Part shown: piece by piece, positions 25,273 through 36,465 of the stretch
Layout: every line of letters starts with the position of its first letter
How positions within the stretch are numbered: position 1 is the stretch's first letter
NCBI RefSeq assembly: GCF_964204645.1
Contig: NC_134028.1
Location: forward strand, 11,703,263-11,767,262
DNA from: Tubulanus polymorphus
Taxonomy: Eukaryota > Animalia > Nemertea
Reading direction: 5' to 3'
DNA length: 64,000 bases
Notes under the pieces: model-generated
Database searches by the model: none
The model's input: the letters and a program-made list of their open reading frames with translations, nothing else
What the model was told of the DNA's origin: nothing
Translations under genes and position numbers: made by a program

Positions 25273-25881
25273 TTTCAATCACACTTTACTAACACTTTTA
25301 ATGTTTAAAAATCTAACTCATACAAATATAAATATTGAATGGTGTTTAAAATATATCTATATATCTATTCTATAAGAGCTCACACTTTACTAACACTTTT
25401 ATATTGAATAATCTGTCAATTCAAATGTTATTCATATATATAAATATTTTAAGAGTAATAGGGGTTTAGTTGTTCTATACTAAAGGTTGAATGGTCGAGT
25501 TCATTAAAAACAAATATTAAAAGTAATTTAAAACTATAATATATTTTCACAGCCGTGTGTATTTCAGTTGAATAATAGAATAATTATTATTATTAAAATA
25601 TATTTGATTATATGAATTTGTGTATTGTAAATAAATCAATTGGTCGCGATAGCGAAGCGGAGCGACCAATTGATTTAATACAATATGCTTTATAGGGTTA
25701 GGGTTAATACAATATGCTTTTGAAATTTAAATTATTAATATCTTAGAATAAATATTTAGTTATAATATAAAATGCACACGGCTATGAAAATATATTATAG
25801 TTTTTAATTACTTTTAATATTTGTTTTTTAATGAGCTCGACCGTTCGACCTTTGGTATAGAACAACTAAACCCCTATTACT
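25273..25881 (-). repeat. Right TIR of copy B, including a terminal palindrome at 25454-25881
   Basis: Reverse complement of 7359-7949. Confidence 0.93.
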
Positions 25882-26011
25882 ATCGACCATCCAGTCATTA
25901 CAATCCTCGTTCTATTTGCTGGGTGATTTTTTACGTTATTTGAACAAGTTTTTAGGCTTTTGCCTTAACACATTTTTTGGAGCCTTACCCACCGCCTGGT
26001 GCTTGGCTAAT

Positions 26012-26320
26012 CCTTCTAAAATGTGCCCCACGTAATGTATCCTGAGGGAAATATCATAATTTTCGGGAGTAAAATTTGTATTTCTGAGGGATACTTACGT
26101 GGGGCACAGGATATTCCCGCCAGCCTTCCCCGCTCGGCTCTTTGCGCAGAGTTTCGGAAGAAATTGAGTCACATGGCTCGTGGCAGCGCCACCGTACGGT
26201 ACGGGGTACTCCAAAAAATGTTTAGCGGTATAATTCCCAAACTTAGGTAACTTCTAAAATGTGCCCCACGTAAGTATCCCTCAGAAATACAAATTTTACT
26301 CCGGAAAATTATGATTTTTC
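26012..26320. repeat. Small element with nested direct and inverted repeats (MITE-like)
   Basis: CTTCTAAAATGTGCCCCACGTAA occurs twice; ~26050-26108 is inverted at ~26261-26320. Confidence 0.55.
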
Positions 26321-26540
26321 CTTGGCCATTTTTTTCCGTGCACCGGTAGTTATATTGTATGTGCCTAGCTAAAGTCATTCCCATCATTAGGCACTTTAAT
26401 ATGAATCTTACCAAATGGATCGGAGAGAAATGTATATCTTTTAATGCATGTTTACTAATATAACCTTTTGGAACCTAATCTAAATCTACATGTAATATAT
26501 CCAATATATCCCAATATATCTTTTCCTACCAGAATCTGAC

Positions 26541-27706
26541 GGTTAGCGGTAAAAATGCCCTTGGTAAAAATCCCCTAGGTAAAATTCCCTGGTTAAAAAT
26601 CCCCAATTCTTCAAACAAGGTAAAAATCCCCCTACTTTGGTTCATCGCACATTTCAAATAGCCTGAATTACACTAGCTTGAATCTAAAATATTTGAACTA
26701 AAAGTTCATTATTTCTAATAATTCATGGCATCGCACAGCTGAAATATACCACAAGTTAACTAGCGTTCACAGTTCAAAATATCCCAGTTCGAATTTCAAG
26801 ATATTACAAATAAAAAGTTCATTATTCTTAAAGTAATTCTAACAATTTATTTTATGCTTAGATTTAATTTAATTGCAAATGAATAAAATTGGAGAAAATC
26901 TTGCAAATTCTTGAAAACAAGTGGATTTTTACCTACTTTGAATATTTGCGGATTTTTACCCATGAAGAAAGACACTCTAAATATTTGGATGGATATATGA
27001 AAGCTGTGGGTACTGGAGTTTGTAATGGGTAATGTAGTGTGATCTGTGTGCATTTGTGGCCAGCACACAGATCACATTGTTCAATGGGGTTTGGTCCAGG
27101 ACTCGCGAGATTTTCAACACCACGGAAGTAACGTGTAATAAATGATGACTTGAATTGCATGACTACCTACCACCCCTCATTACTGTTGGAAAACTAAACG
27201 TTCGGCACTGACTAAAAATTAAGTAATAACATTTTAGAAATGGCCAGAATTTTAACCAGGTTCTATCTCATTTTTATTTTACAATTGCGATTGGTATAAT
27301 TTTTTTTTAAACGGCCGTTAAAGCTTCATGTTTCGTCTGCAATTCACTGCAAATAGTTACACAATTACGCACATTTCAGTGTTTTTGGCAGCTGTACACT
27401 CAATCGGCACCGTTCGGGACTAGCTTCACTGCGGAATTATCATTAATTAACATCGCCATATCACATCATCAACTTATATTGTGCCTTAAAACCCTAACAG
27501 CCGAAATAATTGAAATGCACACACGATTTCTATCATTGAAAATTGAGAGAGTGGCCATGTTTGTGTTTGCTGCTTCGCGTAAATCCCGCACGGTGGCGGA
27601 ACCGCGCGGAGTGGGGCCGATACGTCTAGGGGATTTTTACCTAGGGGATATTTACCTATTTTATTTTATATATACCTATTATTTTAGGAGATTTTTACCT
27701 ACAACC
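26541..27706. mobile_element. Mutator-like MITE carrying a nested insertion
   Basis: 9-bp TSD GAATCTGAC (26532-26540, 27707-27715); GGTT...AACC ends; GGTAAAAATCCCC subterminal repeats in inverted orientation. Confidence 0.85.
26960..27625. mobile_element. TIR-less ~660-bp element, copy 2
   Basis: Inserted in the MITE repeat unit TTTTAC|CTAGGGGAT. Confidence 0.85.
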
Positions 27707-28089
27707 GAATCTGACTCGTGTATCTCTAGCATTAGATACACATGTGGAATTGCTGTCTTCTTCATAACTTTGTTAAATCTATACGAAGATGTTTGAAAAA
27801 GTCCAGTTGCATTGAAAACCCCATTCCAGATCAAAGACGTTGAGGGTTCCGCTAAATAAGAACTGTTAATAATACATTGAAAACCCTTGAAAATCCGTTC
27901 ACCTAGATTTAGTAACAAAATTAAACTCTCTTGTGCGTGTTCTTTTGTAATTAAGTATTCATGAACTTTTAAATTGAAACATTTCCTAATAAAGAATTTC
28001 CACTTTCTAGGTGCCATTTTCTGACGGTCCCTCGAATTTTGAAAATTGCCGTGAAAATAGCTTGACCCGCAAATTAGAATTTGTCACCT

Positions 28090-28301
28090 TGTCGAAAGGA
28101 ACGACTCCAAATTGTGCGGCGATAGCAACGCCCGACCAAAAACCACTAGAACAGACAACAAGTGTGTAGAGTACGATAGATTTGACTTTAATACCAAAAA
28201 TAGTATACGTGACAAGATATTTATAGTTAGCACTGAAAATGCGATTCGGTTGATCAGTTGTGGTCACGGATCACCGTTGGTGACTGTGACAATTCGCGAC
28301 A
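28090..28301 (-). repeat. BEL/Pao 3' LTR
   Basis: Direct repeat of 50879-51094; PPT-like GGCCGGGAG adjacent on the minus strand (28302-28310). Confidence 0.92.
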
Positions 28302-28329
28302 CTCCCGGCCATCTAATGAGAAGAAACAT

Positions 28330-29900
28330 AATAATACAAACTACAAAACAAGAACACTTATGTTACACATCAACAATACTATGATATCATTTTTAATCAT
28401 CTTCATCATCTTCTAACACAATCATTTTTTTAAATCTTTTTACCGGCTGCGATAGCAGCTAGACGGCTAGAATAAGGTCTACGACCCGAATCTGTTGATT
28501 TAGTATTTACATTCTGATCAAAAATATCGCATTCTACCTCCAATGGGTAAAGCTTGGAAACAGGTCAGTTCGTTATACCTTTAGATGTCTTGATAATGCA
28601 AGATCTAACTCTACCGTCTATCGTATTTTTATGTAAATCCAAAATGATCCCCAAGTGCTATTTAAGACGGGGCAACTTATCATCGTGAATAATAACAACA
28701 GAGCCCCTTTTGATATATTCATCGTGACCGATATATCTATGGGTCTCACGTAACCCAGTGAGGTACTCCGATTTCCAACGTTGCCAAAACTGATCTAACA
28801 AAGTACACATGTACCCATATCCAGGAAGAAAGACACTCTAAATATTTGGATGGATATATGAAAGCTGTGGGTACTGGAGTTTGTAATGGGTAGTGTAGTG
28901 TGATCTGTGTGAATTTGTGGCCAGCACACAGATCACATTGTTCATTGGGGTTTGGTCCAGGACTCGCGAGATTTTCAACAACACGGAAGTAACGTGTAAT
29001 AAATGATGACTTGAATTGCATGACTACCTACCACCCCTCATTATTGTTGGAAAACTAAACGTTCGGCACTGACTAAAAAGTAGTAATGACATTTTAGAAA
29101 TGGCCAGAATTTTAACTTAGGTTCTATCTCATTTTTATTTTACAATTGCGATTGGTATAATTTTTTTTTAAACGGCCGTTAAGGCTTCATGTTTCGTCTG
29201 CAATTCACTGCAAATAGTTACGCAACTACGCACACTTCAGTGTTTTGGCAGCTGTACACTCAATCGGCACCGTTCGTGACTAGCTTCGCTGCGGAATTAT
29301 CATTAATTAACATCGCCATTTCACATCATCAACTTATATTGTGCCTTAAAACCCTAACAGCCGAAATAATTGAAATGCACACACGATTTCTATCATTGAA
29401 AATTGAGAGAGTGGCCATGTTTGTGTTTGCTGCTTCGCGTAAATCCCGCACGGTGGCGCACCCGCGCGGAGTGGGGCCGATACTTCTAGAGCTCAGTGTG
29501 GACTGTGTTAGCATAAAATCTGGGTCATTAGGAACCACATCACTGCAAGAAGGCAAAGCAGTGATGCGCCTCCCGCAGACCAAATGTGAAGTCATAACAA
29601 TATCATCCTTGATATCAGAAGATACATATATCAAACGGCGATCATGAAGGTTCGCCTCGACCTCAGTGAGTACTATATACAATTCATCTAACGATACTGA
29701 CGATCTACCTAGTAACTTCTTCAAAGAAGACTTTGTGAGTCCGACCATTCGCTCCCAGATGCCACCCTGCCAAGGAGCCCACTTTGTGATGAACTGCCAA
29801 TCAATACGCCGCTTCGATATGTACTGACGAACACGCAAATCATCAAATATTCGCCTCAATTCTGAGTTTGCGCCGATAAAGGTAGAAGCATTGTCGGAGA
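28330..29900 (-). pseudogene. BEL/Pao integrase, interrupted
   Basis: SDNASTF, APWQGGIWERMV and FWQRWKSEYL across the nested insertion. Confidence 0.9.
28821..29485. mobile_element. TIR-less ~660-bp element, copy 3
   Basis: Removing it restores the BEL integrase frame STLSSR-YGYMCTLLDQFWQRW. Confidence 0.88.
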
Positions 29901-29981
29901 GTAGCTTCCTTGGCAGGGATCTTCTGGGTCAAAATTGGGTATTTCGAATTGTCACTAAGAGGAGCGTTCTGTAGTCTACCT

Positions 29982-31860
29982 CTACATCTGATAACACCAT
30001 CTGAATCCAAGAATAATTGCAATTTGATTTACAATGGAAGGGGTGTTTTTTGATGAAGGGTTGTTTTTTGATACACCGCGTAAACGATCAATTACATCCT
30101 TAAACATCAAATTTTGACATTCTTTGATTAATAAAGTCTGAACTGTGTTGAGCTCGTGTACATTTAATGAACTTAAATTTCGTAATTCACGTTTTGTTTT
30201 CAAATTCGCAATATAACGCATGGCATATGCAGTTGTTCTAACTAATTTCACGAAAGACATGAAATTATTTATATCAATGATCATCCCAACAGGATTAACT
30301 AAATTCTTCGCAGTATCATCATCATTCGACAATTCATCTTTGTGAACGTACGATTCATCTGCAACCTGTAATACTGATGTATCTTCAGCAATTATATTAG
30401 GACGTTTATCTCGAAAAATAAGCCAATCAGGTCCCTTCGACCAAAATTGCTTTCAATCTCTATAGATATCAGAAGTTACGCCACGGGTTATCAAATCTGC
30501 TGGATTCGATTTAGATGGACAGAAATTCCATTCGTTCACATTCACCAGAGAATTTATTTCTCTGAGCCGATTTTCGACAAACTGAGGTAATTTCTTTGTC
30601 GAACGTAACCACCCCAATACTATTTGACCGTCACTCCAAGTGTGAATCTGAAGTGTAGTACTCAAAGCTACGTTAATGGTTTTCGAAATATGTACAGCTA
30701 ACCGGGCCGCAATAGTCGCAGCCATCAATTCTAGCTTTGGAATTGTAAGCTCCTTCACGGGTGCAACGCGACATTTTGACATGATAAAAGAAGATTCTGA
30801 ACCACAAACTAAATATGCGACTGCGCCATACGCCCGTGAACTAGCATTACAAAACACGTGCAATTCCCGTGGCATTTGTGATGAGAAATCATTTCTAAAA
30901 TAATTACGTGGAATTACGATAGATAACGCGCCATCAATATCGCTAGAAATAGACTCCCAGGTCATACAGGTAACGATTCGTCCCAGTCGTAATGCCCCTT
31001 CAATATATCTTGCATCAATAATTAAGCCCTAACGGCAAACGGAGTAACAAAACCAAGGAGATCATACACAGCAGCTGTATTCATTAAAATCGACCGTTTA
31101 GTTTTTAGACTCTCGATGATGTCGTAAACTAGGTTTTGGAGATGCCCAACTTCCGAAATTGAAATTCGCCTAATCTCGATCCCTTGTAAAAATCAACTAA
31201 CTGATCTTCATTTACCTAGTGGAGACATTATCTACATTAACATCTCGTAATATATTGATCGGCATAAACTCCACCAAAATTGCGTAAATGATAGATAAGA
31301 GTGCTATTCAACATGAATAGCGAACATGTTGCGCCGAAAAGTACACGTTTAAACCAATAAACATCCATTTCACTTACAGGATCATCAAAATCACTCAACC
31401 AGAAAGATCTGGTTACATCACGATCACAAGGATCCAAACCAACATGCATAAATGCTTTCTCGATATCAGTAACTAAAGCGTAACGAAACAGCCGAAAACG
31501 CATCAAGATTGACGTAATGTCATTTGAAATCGGAGGTCCCGCCTCTAAACAATCATTGAGCGAGAACGAATCTTTAGATGACTTACAGCTACAGTCAAAA
31601 ACTATCCGTACGGGAGTAGTTATTGACTCCTTAAAAATTGCGTGGTGAGGAATGTAGTACTCTTTCACAAACAATAAGACACTTGGCTATTCAACCTTTT
31701 CTATAAAGTCACGTGCTAATTGATATCGAATATTGTACCATTGTATTTGTTCAGAAAATTGGAATCTTTGGACAATCGACGAGCCAGAGATCTTGTCCTT
31801 GAGAAAGCTACACCATAATTTGTAGGTAAAGAATCATGATTTTCCTTCCATGGAAGCTTA
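29982..31860 (-). pseudogene. BEL/Pao reverse transcriptase and RNase H region
   Basis: YYIPHH, RIVFD, DIEKAF, RVLFG, YDLLGF, LHVFCNAS..AYGAVAY, TIPKLEL and SNPADLITRG. Confidence 0.92.
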
Positions 31861-31866
31861 GCTAAG

Positions 31867-32287
31867 AGTAATAGGGATAATAGGCTTTCAGATCAAAGGT
31901 CGAAGGGTCGAGCTCGTAAAAAAATGAAAATAACAATAATTTACAGTTGAATTAGTCGCGCACACTCCTAATTCAACTGTAAATTATTGTTATTTTCATT
32001 TTTTACTCACTCGCCCCTTCAACCTTTAACCTGAAAGCCTATTATCCCTATTACTCTTAAGATATTCACATATACATGAATAAAATGTAAATGAATAACA
32101 TTTAAATTGACAGATTATTCAATATAAAAGTGTAAGCTCTTATAGAATAGATATATAGATAGATATATTTACAACATTATTTCAATATTCATATTTGTAT
32201 GAGTTAGATTTTTAAACATTAAAAGTGTTAGTAAAGTGTGATTGAAATAATACATAATATAAATCATTGAACTTCTAAAATCAATTT
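31867..32287 (+). repeat. Left TIR of copy C with a 189-bp terminal palindrome (31867-32055)
   Basis: Reverse complement of 42726-43142. Confidence 0.92.
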
Positions 32288-32309
32288 CGTAAAAAAATAT
32301 GTATAATAA

Positions 32310-32969
32310 ATGGAACCAGAACAACCACAAACTATAAATATTAAAAATAACACTGGCGTCATAAATATATACTACAAGAAGTGTTCTAAATGTGAATTAG
32401 ATAAATTAGCTTTAACAGAATTTAGTAAGCGTAAGATTAGCAAAGATTCAAGTTTTCAATATTGCTGTAAAACTTGTTTTAAACTATATACCAAACAATA
32501 CCGAGAAGATAATATAGAACATTATAATTATTATATGGCAGAATATATGAGAGAAAGATATCAAACAGATCTTTGTTTTAGATTGAAACAATCCTCAAGA
32601 TCTAGATTAACACAATTATTCAACAAAGAAACACTATCTAATTTATTGGGTTGTTCAGATGAATTCTTAAAATCATGGATTATATTTCAATTCGATGATA
32701 AAATGAATATAGATAATTATGGTGATTATTACCATATTGATCACGTGTTGCCGATTTCTAAATTTGACATGAATGATGAATACAATAAAAAACTTATTTG
32801 GAATTGGAAGAATCTAAGACCTTTAGAAAAGAAGGAAAACATAATTAAATCTAATAAACTAGATTTACAGTTATATTTAGATCAACTGGATAAAGCAAAG
32901 ACATTTGTTGAATTATGGAATAGTATTTCACAGAATCAACCGCATTCTGAGGTTTTAATCAGTGGTTAG
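32310..32969 (+). CDS. HNH-type endonuclease with zinc finger, open reading frame
   Basis: CSKC...CKTC; YHIDHVLPISKF...WNWKNLRPLEKKENIIKSNK, resembling giant-virus HNH proteins. Confidence 0.78.
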   Translation: MEPEQPQTINIKNNTGVINIYYKKCSKCELDKLALTEFSKRKISKDSSFQYCCKTCFKLYTKQYREDNIEHYNYYMAEYMRERYQTDLCFRLKQSSRSRLTQLFNKETLSNLLGCSDEFLKSWIIFQFDDKMNIDNYGDYYHIDHVLPISKFDMNDEYNKKLIWNWKNLRPLEKKENIIKSNKLDLQLYLDQLDKAKTFVELWNSISQNQPHSEVLISG

Positions 32970-33489
32970 AAAGCTGGCAATTCTATTTTTGAGCTTTGTA
33001 TGTATATAATACATAGCTTTTGCTTCCTACTAAAACATATGTTGCCAAATATATCTTGTTTTCAATTCTAAAGAATTAATTAACTTCATCACAAAGAAAA
33101 TCTGTGCAGAAATAATTAGTTTGGTCGAACGTCCGCCACGTCGGCAGTTAGAAATCAACTTTCACATACATAGTACGTATTGGATATTCTCTCTCAAAAC
33201 ACAGTTTACAGTTCTAAATCTAAGTGTAAGTACATATATTATGAAGTAGGGAAACCTTTAAACATATTTAAGTACAGTAATTCATTTTCACGACATCTTT
33301 TAGATTAAAATGGAATACAGAGATCAACCAGAAATTCCAAGTCAACAATCGGGTGAGGAACTAATGCTGCTGGATAGTGAAACTCGGGAATCAATAGAAA
33401 TGGAGGATAAAACTCTCGTAACACACTGAAGGTCTTTGTAATATAGATATCAAAAATGTAATCTCGATTGTATATATGTTTTAATATTG

Positions 33490-33997
33490 TATTGTTTACT
33501 GTTAACTAAGTATTGCGCAATAACCGGTCCGATTGAACCGCTTTTCTATTGTTCTCCATTGTTCTATTATTGATCGTTGTTAATGGCGGCGGTTGTTCTG
33601 TATTGATTGTTTACTGTTAACTAAGTATTGCGCAATAACCGGTCCGATTGGACCGCTTTTCTATTGTTCTCCATTGTTCTATTATCGATCGTTGTTGACG
33701 GAAACAGCTGCTCAATATTGATTGGTTACAGTTCTATGTTTGAATGTTGTAGTTTACAGAATAAAAATATAACTGTGTATTGCGCAATAACCGGTCCGAT
33801 TGGACCGCTTTTCTATTGTTCTCCATTGTTCTATTATCGATCGTTGTTGACGGAAACAGCTGCTCAATATTGATTGGTTACAGTTCTATGTTTGAATGTT
33901 GTAGTTTACAGAATAAAAATATAACTGTGTATTGCGCAATAACCGGTCCGATTGGACCGCTTTTCTATTGTTCTCCATTTTTCTATTATCGATCGCT
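33490..33997. repeat. Tandem array (115-152 bp spacing) with four palindromic cores
   Basis: TATTGCGCAATAACCGGTCCGATTGGACCG at ~33511, 33626, 33778 and 33930. Confidence 0.9.
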
Positions 33998-34406
33998 AAA
34001 ATTTACATAATAAATATATGTGTTTATGAAATAATATTTCCACCAGTCGTTTCTTTGAATTTATTTTCAGTTTTAGGATTTATTATCGAGAATCCGAAAT
34101 GACTTATCTGGACAGTTATAATTACTGCTCCTAATAGATAGACAATAGTAGTGAGATATTAAATCCTAATTTAAATAAAATATAATAAAAAAACAATAAC
34201 TTCAACTGCTAGTGAATTCTATTATATTTTTAATATTTTCTTTTCAAAAAGAGAATACTTTATATTTTGAATAGATTCAAATAGAAATTCTTTAAATTCA
34301 AACAGCTAGTATCAGTAGTCAATACTAGAATTCTTTAACTTTAACTATCTACTATCATTTGAAGAATACTTATAATATTTTTTTCGCCTTTTTTTCTCCT
34401 ATATAA

Positions 34407-35006
34407 ATGGCAAAGAAATCTAATAAGAATAGTATTGATATTGAAAAGACATTAGATGATTTGGGTATAAGTGATAATAAAGATACAGTTGTAACTAATT
34501 TTGCTCAAGTTAATAACAATATAGATTATGAATACTACTTATATTGTAAGCATCATCTAGAACTATTGATTGCCGGTGGAAAAACTAAAGAGTTTTTAAA
34601 TAGAATTACTTTTCAAGAATTAGATGCTATGAAACCAGATAAAGTAATAAAATATTTTAAGATTTATGAAGAGGCAAGATTAGCCCGAATAAATGATTCT
34701 ATTTCAGATGGTATTGTCAAATGTTATTCTAAGTTATGTAACCAGTTAATACCAATTGATGATGAAAATAAATTATATAGTGATTTGAAAAATGACTACT
34801 TAGTTATGACTGAATTACAAAAATGGGTTGGATATGCTTCATTTCAATTAGGATCGGTTATGACATTAATTTCTACTGGCGTCATAACATTTTCGAACAT
34901 CAAACCTATGGAATATAAATCAGGTAACAACGAAACAGATGTACTACAACCAAACGTCGAAACAGAAAATGAATCAGAAAAAAATTTAACTAAAATAAAT
35001 GAGTGA
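34407..35006 (+). CDS. Polinton conserved hypothetical protein
   Basis: Intact 199-aa ORF with homologs in copies A and B; hydrophobic C-terminal segment. Confidence 0.82.
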   Translation: MAKKSNKNSIDIEKTLDDLGISDNKDTVVTNFAQVNNNIDYEYYLYCKHHLELLIAGGKTKEFLNRITFQELDAMKPDKVIKYFKIYEEARLARINDSISDGIVKCYSKLCNQLIPIDDENKLYSDLKNDYLVMTELQKWVGYASFQLGSVMTLISTGVITFSNIKPMEYKSGNNETDVLQPNVETENESEKNLTKINE

Positions 35007-35367
35007 TGGCGTCAAGAAAAAGGTTAGATCTGAAAAACAAATTAAATGGGCAAGAGAATTGGGTAAAAGATCTTCAGAATTAAAAAAAGCTAAGAAAAAG
35101 AAATTAACTGATATAAATGAATCACAGACTTTATCTGATAATGATTCGGATGATAATCCATCTGATTCTTCTAATGCTGGAAGTAATTATAAATTATATA
35201 TTACAATTGGATTAGTAACAGTTATTATATTATGCGGCGTAATATATAAATCAAAATTCAAATCTGATGATAAAGATGATTCCAATGACAATAAACATAT
35301 TATACCAGAAAATAAGTCAAATTATAAAGCCATTGAAACTAAATCTAAATTATTATTAATGGATTAA
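34999..35367 (+). CDS. Small single-TM protein
   Basis: TM LYITIGLVTVIILCGVIY; overlaps the upstream gene by 8 nt. Confidence 0.78.
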   Translation: MSDGVKKKVRSEKQIKWARELGKRSSELKKAKKKKLTDINESQTLSDNDSDDNPSDSSNAGSNYKLYITIGLVTVIILCGVIYKSKFKSDDKDDSNDNKHIIPENKSNYKAIETKSKLLLMD

Positions 35368-35373
35368 AATAAG

Positions 35374-36465
35374 ATGAAAAAAGAAAAATATTTAAGAGAG
35401 TTATATTATAACCCAGAAAGTGAAGTATCATATTCTAACGTTACAGAATTATGGAATAAAATTAAATCTGATAATGAAAATGGTAATATAAAATATAGTG
35501 AATTAAAATCATGGTTACAAAATCAACCAACATATCAAATACACAAGAAAATGGATAAAACTTATTTAACAAGGAAAGTTATGGTTTCATATATCGATCA
35601 ACAATGGCAAGCAGATTTAATTGACATGAAGAACTTAGAAGAATACAACAAAGGATATTTCTGGATATTAAATGTTATAGACATATTCAGTAGATACGCA
35701 TGGTCAATTCCAATCAAAAATAAAACTGGTATAGAAGTAACAAATGCTTTTAAATCAATATTTAAAGAAGCTATTCCAGATAAGATACAATTTGATGAAG
35801 GTAAGGAATTTTATAACAAACATTTTAAAAAACTATTATCTGATAACGATGTAGAATATTTTTCAACACACTCAGATAAAAAAGCATCTATTATAGAAAG
35901 ATTTAATAAAACATTGAAAACTAGAATGTGGAAATACTTTACTGCTAATGAAACATATAAATATATCGATGTAATAGATGATTTAGTGAAAGGTTATAAT
36001 AATTCTAAACATAGTTCTATAAATATGAAACCTATACAAGCTAGAAAAGAAGATAATTCAGAAATAGTTTGGAATAATTTATATGGAGCGTTTGTAACAC
36101 ATGATTTCGGTGAACCTAAATTTAAAATTGGACAACACGTAAGAATATCTAAATATAGAAAAACCTTTTATAAAGGTTATACCCCAAATTTTACTGAAGA
36201 AATATTCAAGATTAAAAAGATAATATTAACAAAACCATTTGTTTATAAATTAGAAGATCTAAAAGATGAAGAAATATTAGGTTATTTCTATGAACAAGAA
36301 TTATCACTTGTACCAAATCCAGATGAAATAGAATACAAAATAGAAAAAGTAATGAAAACAAAAACTCTTAAAGGAAAAAAGTATTCTTTGGTGAAATATA
36401 AAGGATACGATGATAAATTTAATGAATGGATTTTATCTAGTAAAATTAAAAGAATAAATGAATAA
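35374..36465 (+). CDS. Retroviral-type (rve) integrase with C-terminal chromodomain, intact
   Basis: DDE motifs QADLIDM, FDEGKEF and IERFNKTLK; YKIEKV...LVKYKGYDDKFNEW. Confidence 0.95.
   Translation: MKKEKYLRELYYNPESEVSYSNVTELWNKIKSDNENGNIKYSELKSWLQNQPTYQIHKKMDKTYLTRKVMVSYIDQQWQADLIDMKNLEEYNKGYFWILNVIDIFSRYAWSIPIKNKTGIEVTNAFKSIFKEAIPDKIQFDEGKEFYNKHFKKLLSDNDVEYFSTHSDKKASIIERFNKTLKTRMWKYFTANETYKYIDVIDDLVKGYNNSKHSSINMKPIQARKEDNSEIVWNNLYGAFVTHDFGEPKFKIGQHVRISKYRKTFYKGYTPNFTEEIFKIKKIILTKPFVYKLEDLKDEEILGYFYEQELSLVPNPDEIEYKIEKVMKTKTLKGKKYSLVKYKGYDDKFNEWILSSKIKRINE

Larger units (their letters stand above)
7359..25881 (+). mobile_element. Polinton/Maverick copy B, full length (~18.5 kb), degenerate
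   Basis: 5'-AGTAATAGGGG...CCCCTATTACT-3' termini; 6-bp TSD ATCGAC at 7353-7358 and 25882-25887; ~600-bp TIRs; pPolB, integrase, ATPase and capsid genes. Confidence 0.97.

Noticed and set aside
27590-27629. Canonical Helitron 3' end (hairpin plus CTAG)
   Set aside because: The CTAG belongs to the reconstructed empty site; there is no 5' TC and no A|T insertion.
27479-29647. Repeated ORFs in the 660-bp element and the LTRs
   Set aside because: The frames run across insertion junctions and contain no recognisable domain.
33490-33997. CRISPR-like array of palindromic repeats
   Set aside because: The spacers are themselves duplicated, there are no cas genes, and the context is a eukaryotic virus-like element.
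33628-34010. Two ORFs MRNNRSDW...
   Set aside because: Translations of a tandem repeat with non-ATG starts; no homolog in copies A or B.
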